A DNA stretch of 64,000 nucleotides from Acidobacteriota bacterium (GTDB taxonomy: Bacteria; Acidobacteriota; UBA6911; RPQK01; JADFOI01): contig OY760074.1 in assembly GCA_963663035.1 (NCBI GenBank), forward strand, positions 3,136,001 to 3,200,000. Reading direction: 5' to 3'. The notes under the pieces are model-generated. The model had not been told where the DNA came from and ran no database searches. It was given only the letters and a program-made list of their open reading frames with translations. Every line of letters starts with the position of its first letter. The first letter of the stretch is position 1. Below, piece by piece: positions 10,262 to 18,854 of this stretch. The position numbers and the translations under genes were made by a program.

Positions 10262-11347
10262 ATGGTCGATACACTCAAGATAGCCGTCATTGGTGGTGAC
10301 GGAACCGGACCGGAGGTGACCAGAGAAGCGTGCAAAGTGCTCAACGCTGTAGCGCCTCTGGAGAACTTCAAGTACGAAACCGTCGAGTTTGACTACGGCG
10401 GCGATCGCTACCTGAAAACGGGCGAGGTCATTACCGAAAAACAGATCGATGAGTTTCTACAATTTGATGTGATCTACCTGGGCGCGGTGGGTCACCCCGA
10501 GGTACCGCCGGGCATTTTAGAAAAGGGGATGCTGCTGGAGATCCGTTTCCAGCTGGATCAATACATCAACCTGCGCCCGGTCAAGCTCTATCCGGGCGTC
10601 AGTTGCCCGCTCCAGGACAAAGGTCCTGAGGACATCCGCTTTGAAGTGATTCGTGAAAACACTGAGGACCTTTACTGCGGGGCAGGCGGATTCCTGCGTA
10701 AGAACACGCCCCAGGAAGTGGCTACCCAGGAGATGATCACCACCCGTTTCGGAGCGGAACGGTGCCTGCGATGGGCCTTTGAGCATTGCCGGCGACGCAA
10801 CGACCGCAAACAACTCACGCTGGTACACAAGACCAACGTGCTCACCTTTGCTGGGGATCTCTGGTTCCGTGCCTTTGAGGAGATCGGAGCCGCAGATTAT
10901 CCGGACATCAAACGCGACTACAATCACATCGATGCGGCCTGCATGTGGTTTGTGAAGAATCCTGAATATTATGACACCATCGTCGTGTCCAACATGTTTG
11001 GTGACATCATTACAGACCTGGGTGCCATGATCCAAGGGGGTCTGGGCGTGGCGGCCGGTGGCAATATCAACCCCGATCCGGGCGGTTGCAGCATGTTTGA
11101 GCCTATGGGCGGCTCAGCCCCAAAGTATACCGGCCAAGATGTCATCAACCCTATCGCGGCCATCGCGGCGATGGGCATGCTGCTGAACCTGGTGGGTGAC
11201 CAGAAGAATGCATCGAACGTTGTGGCGGCCGGCAATCGAATCGAGGAAGCCATCGCCAAGACCACTCCCAAGATGGAAAGCATGTCAGCCGGCCGGATGG
11301 GTTACACTACCAGCGAAGTCGGTGACTTGGTCAGCGAAGCGCTGTAA
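10262..11347 (+). CDS. leuB: 3-isopropylmalate dehydrogenase
   Basis: IAVIGGDGTGPEV, NLRP, RENTE, HKTNVL, NMFGDIITD and FEP..GSAP motifs. Confidence 0.9.
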   Translation: MVDTLKIAVIGGDGTGPEVTREACKVLNAVAPLENFKYETVEFDYGGDRYLKTGEVITEKQIDEFLQFDVIYLGAVGHPEVPPGILEKGMLLEIRFQLDQYINLRPVKLYPGVSCPLQDKGPEDIRFEVIRENTEDLYCGAGGFLRKNTPQEVATQEMITTRFGAERCLRWAFEHCRRRNDRKQLTLVHKTNVLTFAGDLWFRAFEEIGAADYPDIKRDYNHIDAACMWFVKNPEYYDTIVVSNMFGDIITDLGAMIQGGLGVAAGGNINPDPGGCSMFEPMGGSAPKYTGQDVINPIAAIAAMGMLLNLVGDQKNASNVVAAGNRIEEAIAKTTPKMESMSAGRMGYTTSEVGDLVSEAL

Positions 11348-11389
11348 GGAAGGAGAGGAGTTCGGGGACAGTCCCCGAACTCCCCTTCC
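11348..11389. repeat. REP-like palindrome / terminator-like hairpin
   Basis: GGAGTTCGGGGAC-A-GTCCCCGAACTCC perfect inverted repeat, flanked by GGAAGG/CCTTCC. Confidence 0.7.
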
Positions 11390-11403
11390 AGCACATCTAC
11401 AGC

Positions 11404-12351
11404 ATGGACGAACGCCCCACTCTCGAAACCATCCGCCAGGCTCACCAGCACATCCAGGGGTACATTCACCGCACCCCCGTCCTTACTTGCACCACCATCG
11501 ATCAGCGAGTGGGTGCCCGATTGTTTTTCAAGTGCGAGAATTTCCAGAAGAGTGGCTCCTTCAAATTTCGTGGTGCATCCCACGCCGTTTTGTTGCTGGA
11601 TGAGGACCAGGCGGCCCGTGGAGTGCTGACCCATTCCTCCGGGAACTACGCCGCAGCCCTGGCGCTGGCGGCTCACGCTCGAGGTATTCCCGCCTATATC
11701 GTCATGCCCTCCAACGCACCCGCGGTCAAGAAAGAGGCTGTCAAGAATTACGGCGGAGAGATCACCTTCTGTGAGCCAACGATGCCGGCTCGGGAAGCGA
11801 TGGCCGCGGAGATCCAGCAGCGCACCGGCGCCAATCTGATTCACACCTTTAATGATGATCGCAACATCTCCGGATACGGAACTGCTGCATTGGAATTGCT
11901 CGAGGAGGTGCCGGACCTGGACGTCATCATGACGCCCACGGGCGGCGGCGGGCTGTTGAGTGGGACTCTCATCGCCGCCAAAGGCCTCAAGCCCGATGTC
12001 CAGGTGATTGGTGCCGAGCCCGCCGGAGCCGACGATGCCTATCGCTCCTGGAAGGCGGGAAAACTGATTCCGCTGGAGCGGGCCGATACGATTGCCGATG
12101 GACTGCGGACGAGTCTGGGCGAAAGGACTTTCCCCATCATCAAAGACCTGGTGGATAGCATCGCACTCACCAGCGAGGAGGCCATCATGGAAGCGATGTG
12201 GCTGAACCTTGAGCGGATGAAGATCGTGGTGGAGCCGTCTGCAGCGGTGCCTCTGGCCGTATTATTGGAGCAAGCAGTCGATGTGGCTGGCCGCCGGGTG
12301 GGTATCATTCTCTCGGGCGGGAACGTGGATCTGATGAACAAACTGGCATAG
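11404..12351 (+). CDS. PLP-dependent serine racemase / serine-threonine dehydratase family
   Basis: KCENFQKSGSFKFRGA, HSSGN, GGGGLLSG and SGGN motifs. Confidence 0.9.
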   Translation: MDERPTLETIRQAHQHIQGYIHRTPVLTCTTIDQRVGARLFFKCENFQKSGSFKFRGASHAVLLLDEDQAARGVLTHSSGNYAAALALAAHARGIPAYIVMPSNAPAVKKEAVKNYGGEITFCEPTMPAREAMAAEIQQRTGANLIHTFNDDRNISGYGTAALELLEEVPDLDVIMTPTGGGGLLSGTLIAAKGLKPDVQVIGAEPAGADDAYRSWKAGKLIPLERADTIADGLRTSLGERTFPIIKDLVDSIALTSEEAIMEAMWLNLERMKIVVEPSAAVPLAVLLEQAVDVAGRRVGIILSGGNVDLMNKLA

Positions 12352-12394
12352 ACACACTACCTGCTTGAAACTACAATCAAGGGAGGAATAATCA

Positions 12395-13177
12395 ATGAAA
12401 GCTGGAGTCAAAGGCGTCACTCTCAACTATGAACTGGCCGGTTCAGGCCGGTTGATCGCTTTCGGTCACTCACTGGGCATGAGAGGTGAGATTTTCGACC
12501 CCATCCGGCCCATGCTCGAGCCATACGGTAGCCTCCTCACTTGGGACGCCCGTGGACACGGCAGCTCACAGAAGCTCGCGACGAGTTGGACGGTCGAAGA
12601 TCTGGCGAACGATTTACGTGGACTGATAGAGTACCTGGGCGGAGATCAGGCAGTGATCGCGGGCCTCTCCATGGGCGGGAACACAGCGATTGCCTATGCT
12701 TCGGCCTATCCCGACAAGGTGGACCGCCTGATCCTGGCCGACACCACCGCCTGGTATGGCGAGGACGCCATACCTGCCTGGGAGAAGCGGGCCCAAAAAG
12801 TGGAAGTAGAGGGGATGGAGCCTGTCCCCCTCTTCAACCTGCATCGCTGGTTCAGCGACGACTTCCTCCACTCCAACCCCCAGGAGGTGCAAAAAATCGT
12901 CGACATCTTGCTTGCCACCGACGTTGCCTCTTATGGAACAGCCTGTCGCGCCCTGGGCCACTTCGACGCACGAGATGGACTCCAGCGGATTACCTGTCCG
13001 ACCCTGATTCTTGTCGGAGCCGATGATCCGGCCACGCCCCCTGCCATGGCCGAACACCTGCATGAAAACATTCAAAACTCTCAGCTGCATGTTCTGCCAG
13101 GACTCAAGCATATGACGCCAGTTGAAGCACCGGAGCAGGTGGGTGGTCTGATCGCTGAATTCCTGCAGGACCGGTGA
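12395..13177 (+). CDS. Alpha/beta hydrolase, 3-oxoadipate enol-lactonase-like
   Basis: DARGHG, GLSMGG nucleophile elbow, DPATPP and terminal catalytic His. Confidence 0.85.
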   Translation: MKAGVKGVTLNYELAGSGRLIAFGHSLGMRGEIFDPIRPMLEPYGSLLTWDARGHGSSQKLATSWTVEDLANDLRGLIEYLGGDQAVIAGLSMGGNTAIAYASAYPDKVDRLILADTTAWYGEDAIPAWEKRAQKVEVEGMEPVPLFNLHRWFSDDFLHSNPQEVQKIVDILLATDVASYGTACRALGHFDARDGLQRITCPTLILVGADDPATPPAMAEHLHENIQNSQLHVLPGLKHMTPVEAPEQVGGLIAEFLQDR

Positions 13178-13181
13178 TGGT

Positions 13182-13658
13182 ATGAGCGAAGACAAAGTCA
13201 TTCGAGAGCAACTGGCCAGCCTCCTCACAGGCCATCACGCCACTGTGGGCTTCGAGCCCGTCCTGGACAGCCTGCCGGAAGAGCTGCGGGCTACAAAGCC
13301 GGAAGGTGCCCCACACACACCCTGGCAAGTTCTCGAGCACATGCGGATCGCCCAGTGGGACATCCTCGAGTTCAGCCGCGACCCTGAACATGTTTCTCCC
13401 AAATATCCGGAGGGGTACTGGCCTGACAGCGAGTCACCCCCTGACGAGAGCGCTTGGAAAAACAGCATGGCTAATTTCTATTCCGACCTTCAGGCCGTTG
13501 CGGATCTGGTCGCTGATCCGTCTACTGATCTGTACACCCCGATTCCCCACGGCACCGGGCAGACGATTCTCAGAGAGGCCCTTCTGGTTGCAGAGCATAA
13601 CGCCTACCATCTGGGGCAACTCGTGCTCTTACGCCAACTCCTGGGCGCCTGGCCTTAA
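13182..13658 (+). CDS. DinB family protein
   Basis: WQVLEHMRIAQWDI...EHNAYHLGQ motifs. Confidence 0.85.
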   Translation: MSEDKVIREQLASLLTGHHATVGFEPVLDSLPEELRATKPEGAPHTPWQVLEHMRIAQWDILEFSRDPEHVSPKYPEGYWPDSESPPDESAWKNSMANFYSDLQAVADLVADPSTDLYTPIPHGTGQTILREALLVAEHNAYHLGQLVLLRQLLGAWP

Positions 13659-13684
13659 GGGGTTATAGAAAAGGAGGAGCAACC

Positions 13685-15445
13685 TTGAAAAACAAAGTTG
13701 TCCCATTTCTGACAGTATCCATGATTCTGGGCTTCATCTCTCCCGCGACCGCTCAAGCCCAGACCAGGCCTAAAATTGCAGTCTTTTTCGGAGCTACGGC
13801 CACAGTCCACAACAGCGTCGCCCTGGTGAGCAGCAACAAGGCGAGAGCCACTCATGGTCTCCCTCTTATGACGAATTCTGATGGGAGTCCAACACGTTTC
13901 GACCATCTGGTTCCTCAGCGATTGGCAGCCCCAGTGGTCGTGCTGATCGAGCAGTTCAGTGGCCATCCTTTAGAGAAGGATGTGGCTGAACTCTACGGTT
14001 CGCCTGACGGTTATGTGGATTCCATGGGGGACTTTCACGCCACCAGGCAAAATCCAGCGGACAAAGCAGTTTATCGGGTCACTCTCAGGCCCGAAGACGG
14101 GCTCTATCTGTTGCCCTATATGGCCCGGCAGGCTGACGGCACAGCGTGGGACAGCTCCTGTGCTTTTCCCAATGCCCCCTTTGAGAAGTGCCGGCAGACC
14201 TTCTACCCCGATGCCTCCCGGCTGTTCGAGGAGATCGACCGTGGCATTGGAGGAAAAAGCGACCAGGGAACCGCCAATCTGTTGAGTTCCAGGGCCAGCT
14301 TTGACTTCTATCGTGCCGTTACTTCTGGAGGCTATACCAAGGGTCTGCCTCACGCCGATCGAACGGATGTCGGTTCAGGAGATATCCCACCTGAAACGCT
14401 GGGAGAAGACTTTTTCCCCTATGCCCCTTATCGCAGGGACCCACGAATGGAGGACCTCGCCAAAGCAACCAATTCGGTTCAAAGAGCCCTGAACACTGGT
14501 GCTTATGCGGGTGCGATCTGGCTGGAGGGCAGTTTCAATGTTGCAGAGACCACCTACTGGCTGAACCTGCTCATTGACACCGAGCTGCCCATTTCCGGCA
14601 ACGCTTCCCAACGTGCCCATGGCAGTGTCGGCAATGATGGCGACCACAACATCATCGATTCTGTCGATTACATCCTCTCCCGGATCTGGGAAAACGGAGA
14701 AGGAAAGGACGACCTTGGCGCAGTCCTGCTGCAGGATCAGCAGATCTTTGCCGCTCGTGAGGTGGAGAAGGAGGACGCCAGGCCGGGAGGTTACCGGGCC
14801 ACTGGCGGACATGGGGGCATCCTGGGTACTATCGGTCCTCCTGTGACCATCTGGTTTCAACCCACCAACTTGCACACCTGGAGATCAGCCATCAACCTGA
14901 GCAGGCTTCCTTCTACTGTCCAGGGAGTGAGCAGAGTAGACGGGCAAATAGGGAGCGTCGAAGTTCAGATCAAGGACGAGGATGGGTTCCTGTTGGGAGA
15001 GGCGATTCCAAAGGTCACCATGGTGAAATACAACCGCTACATGAAAGATAATTCGATGGCACTGGCTGATGAAGAGGTCGAGGTTCCAGCCCGAATGGAG
15101 AAGAATCTCAGGGATAGCCCACTGAGCGGCTTTGTGGCAGAAGGTATCTGGGGAACGGTCCACGAGCCCCTGGAGAAGGCCTTGGAAATCGCTTCTTTAA
15201 GCGGCATGCCGGTGGTGAGGGTGAGCCGCGGCGATGAGTGGTCGATGGTGCGGCCCAATCCTTCCAATTTGACCATCGAAGGCAACAATCTGACGCCTGT
15301 AAAGGCAAGGTTGCTGCTCATGGCTGCCCTGATGAAGTTTGGAAGCCTTCCAGTGGCCGGCGACCCTCTCAATCCCACTCCAGCCGAAACGAAGGCAGTC
15401 CAGGATAAAGTTCAACAGTATCAAGAGGTTTTCAATACCCACTGA
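13685..15445 (+). CDS. Exported asparaginase-fold protein (divergent)
   Basis: Signal peptide; asparaginase-like ETTYWLNL, GNASQR..DG..N and C-terminal NLTPVKARLLLMAAL segments. Confidence 0.7.
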   Translation: MKNKVVPFLTVSMILGFISPATAQAQTRPKIAVFFGATATVHNSVALVSSNKARATHGLPLMTNSDGSPTRFDHLVPQRLAAPVVVLIEQFSGHPLEKDVAELYGSPDGYVDSMGDFHATRQNPADKAVYRVTLRPEDGLYLLPYMARQADGTAWDSSCAFPNAPFEKCRQTFYPDASRLFEEIDRGIGGKSDQGTANLLSSRASFDFYRAVTSGGYTKGLPHADRTDVGSGDIPPETLGEDFFPYAPYRRDPRMEDLAKATNSVQRALNTGAYAGAIWLEGSFNVAETTYWLNLLIDTELPISGNASQRAHGSVGNDGDHNIIDSVDYILSRIWENGEGKDDLGAVLLQDQQIFAAREVEKEDARPGGYRATGGHGGILGTIGPPVTIWFQPTNLHTWRSAINLSRLPSTVQGVSRVDGQIGSVEVQIKDEDGFLLGEAIPKVTMVKYNRYMKDNSMALADEEVEVPARMEKNLRDSPLSGFVAEGIWGTVHEPLEKALEIASLSGMPVVRVSRGDEWSMVRPNPSNLTIEGNNLTPVKARLLLMAALMKFGSLPVAGDPLNPTPAETKAVQDKVQQYQEVFNTH

Positions 15446-15453
15446 TCATCGAG

Positions 15454-16479
15454 ATGACCACTCCGCTTGTCATTGAACTCAACGGGGTGATCGTGGCGGT
15501 CACGGATGACACACCACGGATCTTAACCGTGAAACACCTGGACCACTCTTTGATGGAGTCAAAACCCGATGCACTTCCCTTTGGTCCTCTCGATCCCGCT
15601 GCTGACCGTACGCTCGAGCTGGGCCTGCGAGGCTGGGTACGGGAGCAAACCGGAATCGAGCTGGGGTACGTCGAACAACTGTACACGTTCGGGGACCGCA
15701 ATCGCGACCCGGAGGAACGTCAAGGGGGACCGCGGGTCATTTCCGTCCCCTATCTGGCCCTGGTGAGAGAGGGGCAGCTCTCCGTTCGAGCAGAAGCCAG
15801 CTGGCGTGACTGGTATGACTATCTCCCTTGGGAACACTGGCTCTCAAACCACCCACCCATGATTGATGAGCAAATCGCTCCCGCCCTGGCTCGGTGGGTA
15901 AAGAAAACCAGTGAACCTGCTATGCTCCGCAGCCGCCAGGAAAGAGTCGAGATTGCTTTTGGTCTCAGAGGTGCAACCTGGGACGAAGAGCGGGTATTGG
16001 AACGCTATGAGCTCCTGTATGAGGCTGGCCTCGTTGCTGAACAGGCACGGGACAGGTTGTGGAGGAGAGAGTCCAGGAAAGAATCTCGAGACATCTCTGA
16101 AGATTCCTCTGTGGAACCCAAAACCCGCTTTCTCGGTCAACCGATGGCGCTGGATCACCGGCGAATCCTAGCAACCGCGCTGGGCCGGCTGCGGGGTAAG
16201 ATCAAGTATCGTCCCGTGGTCTTCGAGCTGCTTCCGCCCACCTTTACCCTATTGCAACTTCAGCGAGTGGTGGAAGCTCTGGCAGGAGTCCGTTTACACA
16301 AGCAAAACTTTCGCCGCTTGGTGGAAAAGGGAGGGCTAGTGGAAGGAACCAGCCAGTTTGACCCCAAAACCGGAGGCCGGCCTGCCATGCTTTTTCGCTT
16401 CCGGCGTGAGGTGCTCCGAGAACGCCCGGCTCCCGGCGTGGGCCTTCCCGGTGCAACCAGTGGCTCGCTTCTCAAATAA
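15454..16479 (+). CDS. nadQ: NAD-biosynthesis regulator NadQ (Nudix-like + wHTH, COG4111-type)
   Basis: LPFGP..RTLE.GLR.WV.EQT, YVEQLYTFGDR, DHRRILATALGRLRGKIKYRPVVFEL and HKQNFRR motifs; directly upstream of nadA. Confidence 0.85.
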   Translation: MTTPLVIELNGVIVAVTDDTPRILTVKHLDHSLMESKPDALPFGPLDPAADRTLELGLRGWVREQTGIELGYVEQLYTFGDRNRDPEERQGGPRVISVPYLALVREGQLSVRAEASWRDWYDYLPWEHWLSNHPPMIDEQIAPALARWVKKTSEPAMLRSRQERVEIAFGLRGATWDEERVLERYELLYEAGLVAEQARDRLWRRESRKESRDISEDSSVEPKTRFLGQPMALDHRRILATALGRLRGKIKYRPVVFELLPPTFTLLQLQRVVEALAGVRLHKQNFRRLVEKGGLVEGTSQFDPKTGGRPAMLFRFRREVLRERPAPGVGLPGATSGSLLK

Positions 16480-16535
16480 AAGGGAGTACTAACCCAAAGA
16501 GGGATGATCTGCTTGATCACGGAGAGACGATTTAG

Positions 16536-16556
16536 TTATACTCACTTTTAGCATAA
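16536..16556 (+). promoter_or_regulatory. NadQ operator upstream of nadA
   Basis: TTATACTCACTTTTAGCATAA, a 21-bp imperfect palindrome matching the NadQ consensus TTATRCTCA-N3-TGAGYATAA with one mismatch. Confidence 0.8.
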
Positions 16557-16626
16557 GAGTGCGTTTGGGTCGGCCCAAGGCGGACCACTTTATGGATGCA
16601 TTCTGGACCATAAGGAGTGTTTAGCG

Positions 16627-17673
16627 ATGACAGCGACACATGGATCTGCACCATCGGTGGGAATGTCTGAGCTTTCTTACACGCCGGAGGTGGCTCGTGC
16701 GACTGCACCCACTTACGAACGCTTGCGCGCTGTGATTCCCGAGATTGAGTGGCCGGTTCATGCGCCTCTCATTGCGGCTATCAACGAATTAAAACAGCAG
16801 CGTAACGCGATTATCCTGGCCCACAATTATCAAACCCCGGAAATCTTTCACGGTGTTGCCGACCTCACCGGTGACTCCTTGGCCCTGGCGCGCCAGGCGG
16901 TGGAGACCGACGCCGAGGTGATTGTTCTGTGTGGGGTCCATTTCATGGCTGAGACGGCAAAGTTGCTCAATCCTGAAAAGACGGTTCTCATCCCTGACCT
17001 TGAGGCTGGCTGCTCGCTGGCCGCATCGATTCGGGCCGAGGACGTTCGACTCTTGCGCCAACGATACCCGGGCACTCCCGTGGTGACCTACGTAAACACC
17101 TCGGCAGCCGTGAAAGCCGAGTCAGATATCTGCTGTACCTCGGCCAATGCTGTGGAGGTAGTGGAGTCGCTGGGCAGTGAACAGGTCATTTTCCTGCCCG
17201 ATGAATTTCTGGGTCTCCACGTTGCTGGGCTCACAGAAGTCGATGTCATCATCTGGAAGGGTCACTGCGAGGTGCACAAGCGTTTCACCGCCGAGGAGCT
17301 TTCCGCCTACCGCCAACAGTTCCCGGACATTGAAATCCTGGCCCATCCGGAGTGTCCCCCCGAAGTTCTGGTTGAAGCCGACTTCGTCGGCTCCACTTCA
17401 GCCATGATTCGCCATGTTGGGCAAGAACGGCCCAACCGCGTGGTCATGGTGACGGAGTGCTCCATGAGTGACAATGTAGCCGTGGAATTTCCTGAAATTG
17501 AGTTTATCCGCCCCTGTAATCTTTGCCCTCACATGAAAAGAATCACCTTGCCAAGAATCCTCTCAGCTCTGGAGAACCTCGAACATCGGGTTGAGGTATC
17601 CGCTCAGGTTGCTGGACCCGCCCGGCGAGCACTGGAAAAGATGCTGGCTGTAGGACAGCGCGTTTCACGGTAA
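16627..17673 (+). CDS. nadA: Quinolinate synthase
   Basis: ILAHNYQ, GDSL, CGVHFMAET, AGCSLA, YVNTSA, HPEC and CPHMK motifs. Confidence 0.96.
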   Translation: MTATHGSAPSVGMSELSYTPEVARATAPTYERLRAVIPEIEWPVHAPLIAAINELKQQRNAIILAHNYQTPEIFHGVADLTGDSLALARQAVETDAEVIVLCGVHFMAETAKLLNPEKTVLIPDLEAGCSLAASIRAEDVRLLRQRYPGTPVVTYVNTSAAVKAESDICCTSANAVEVVESLGSEQVIFLPDEFLGLHVAGLTEVDVIIWKGHCEVHKRFTAEELSAYRQQFPDIEILAHPECPPEVLVEADFVGSTSAMIRHVGQERPNRVVMVTECSMSDNVAVEFPEIEFIRPCNLCPHMKRITLPRILSALENLEHRVEVSAQVAGPARRALEKMLAVGQRVSR

Positions 17674-17680
17674 GACACCT

Positions 17681-18625
17681 ATGAAGTCCAGTTCAGTGGG
17701 CGTACTGATCATGGCTTATGGGAGTGCGCCCTCGCTGGATGATCAAGCCATCTTTCGATACCTGCAGCACATTCTCCAGTATTACCGCAAGAAAGAGCCC
17801 ACTCAGGAAGAATTTCAAAACTTGAAGGAGCGCTATCACTCGGTAGGGGGCTCTCCTCTGTACAGTGTCACTGAAAAAATCGCTGAGGCGCTCCAAGATG
17901 CTCTCAACCTGAGCTTTCCCGAGCGCTTCCGAGTTGACCTGGCCATGAAACATTCTCCTCCCTTTATTGAGGATAGGGTGTCTCAAATGGCGGAGACTGG
18001 CGTCAAACAGGCAATTGCAGTGGCACTGGCTCCATTTCGCTCTCGCTTGAGCACAGAAGGGTATTATCGGCTTGTTCGGGAATCCAACAAGCAATTGGGC
18101 GTGCCCATCCAATGGTCATTCGTTCAGAGCTGGAATATCCATCCCCTCTTCTTGGAGCTCTGGAGGAACCGAATCGAGGAGACTCTCCACCTCCAGGATT
18201 CAACCCCCGCAGTCATTTTCACCAATCACAGTCTTCCGGCTCGAATTGAGGAATGGAAGGATCCTTACACGAGTGAGTTTGAGATGGCGGCTCAAGCGCT
18301 GGCCAAGAAGTGCCGTCTCCCCCAGTGGACAATCGCCTACCAGAGTGGCGGGGGCGGCAATGAGCCCTGGCTGGGACCCAATCTGCAGGACGTCCTGCGC
18401 GATCTGCGAGCTGAGGGAAAGGAACATTGCCTGCTAGCTCCCATAGGATTCTTGATGGATCACCTGGAGATTCTCTACGACCTGGACGTGGATGCCCAGG
18501 CGCAGGCAAAAAAAATCGGCATGACATTGTCCCGCACACCGATGCCCAATGACGATCCACTCCTGGTGAAAATGCTGTCGGAGCTGGTGGCAGACACGTT
18601 CATGAGCGAGCTGGCAAAAGCGTAA
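17681..18625 (+). CDS. hemH: Ferrochelatase (coproporphyrin ferrochelatase type)
   Basis: MAYGS, GGSPL, MKH.PPFIE, HSLP, PWLGP and DHLEILYDLD motifs. Confidence 0.9.
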   Translation: MKSSSVGVLIMAYGSAPSLDDQAIFRYLQHILQYYRKKEPTQEEFQNLKERYHSVGGSPLYSVTEKIAEALQDALNLSFPERFRVDLAMKHSPPFIEDRVSQMAETGVKQAIAVALAPFRSRLSTEGYYRLVRESNKQLGVPIQWSFVQSWNIHPLFLELWRNRIEETLHLQDSTPAVIFTNHSLPARIEEWKDPYTSEFEMAAQALAKKCRLPQWTIAYQSGGGGNEPWLGPNLQDVLRDLRAEGKEHCLLAPIGFLMDHLEILYDLDVDAQAQAKKIGMTLSRTPMPNDDPLLVKMLSELVADTFMSELAKA

Positions 18626-18630
18626 CTGGC

Positions 18631-18650
18631 CCGTGGGCTGAAGCCCACGG
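18631..18650. repeat. Short REP-like hairpin
   Basis: CCGTGGGCT-GA-AGCCCACGG perfect inverted repeat after the hemH stop. Confidence 0.6.
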
Positions 18651-18690
18651 CTCTGCTTTGTTCTTGCTAGCTCCATCAGAGCCGCAGGCC

Positions 18691-18839
18691 AGCCCGCATT
18701 TCTCACACCAGGTCGTCACGAAGCGGCGGAAGGGCCGGCCTGACAAGGCGCGCGAGGGGTACCCGCTTGCGGGTCGCGTAACGCAGTCAGGTCGGATCAT
18801 TGCGCCGATGCAGTAGAACGGGTGTGAGAAGTGCGGGCT
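18691..18839. repeat. Dispersed structured repeat, family B copy 1 (MITE/REP-like)
   Basis: Terminal inverted repeat AGCCCGCATTTCTCACACC / GGTGTGAGAAGTGCGGGCT; near-identical copy at 61660-61837. Confidence 0.85.
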
Positions 18840-18854
18840 TTAGCCTGCGGGCCC

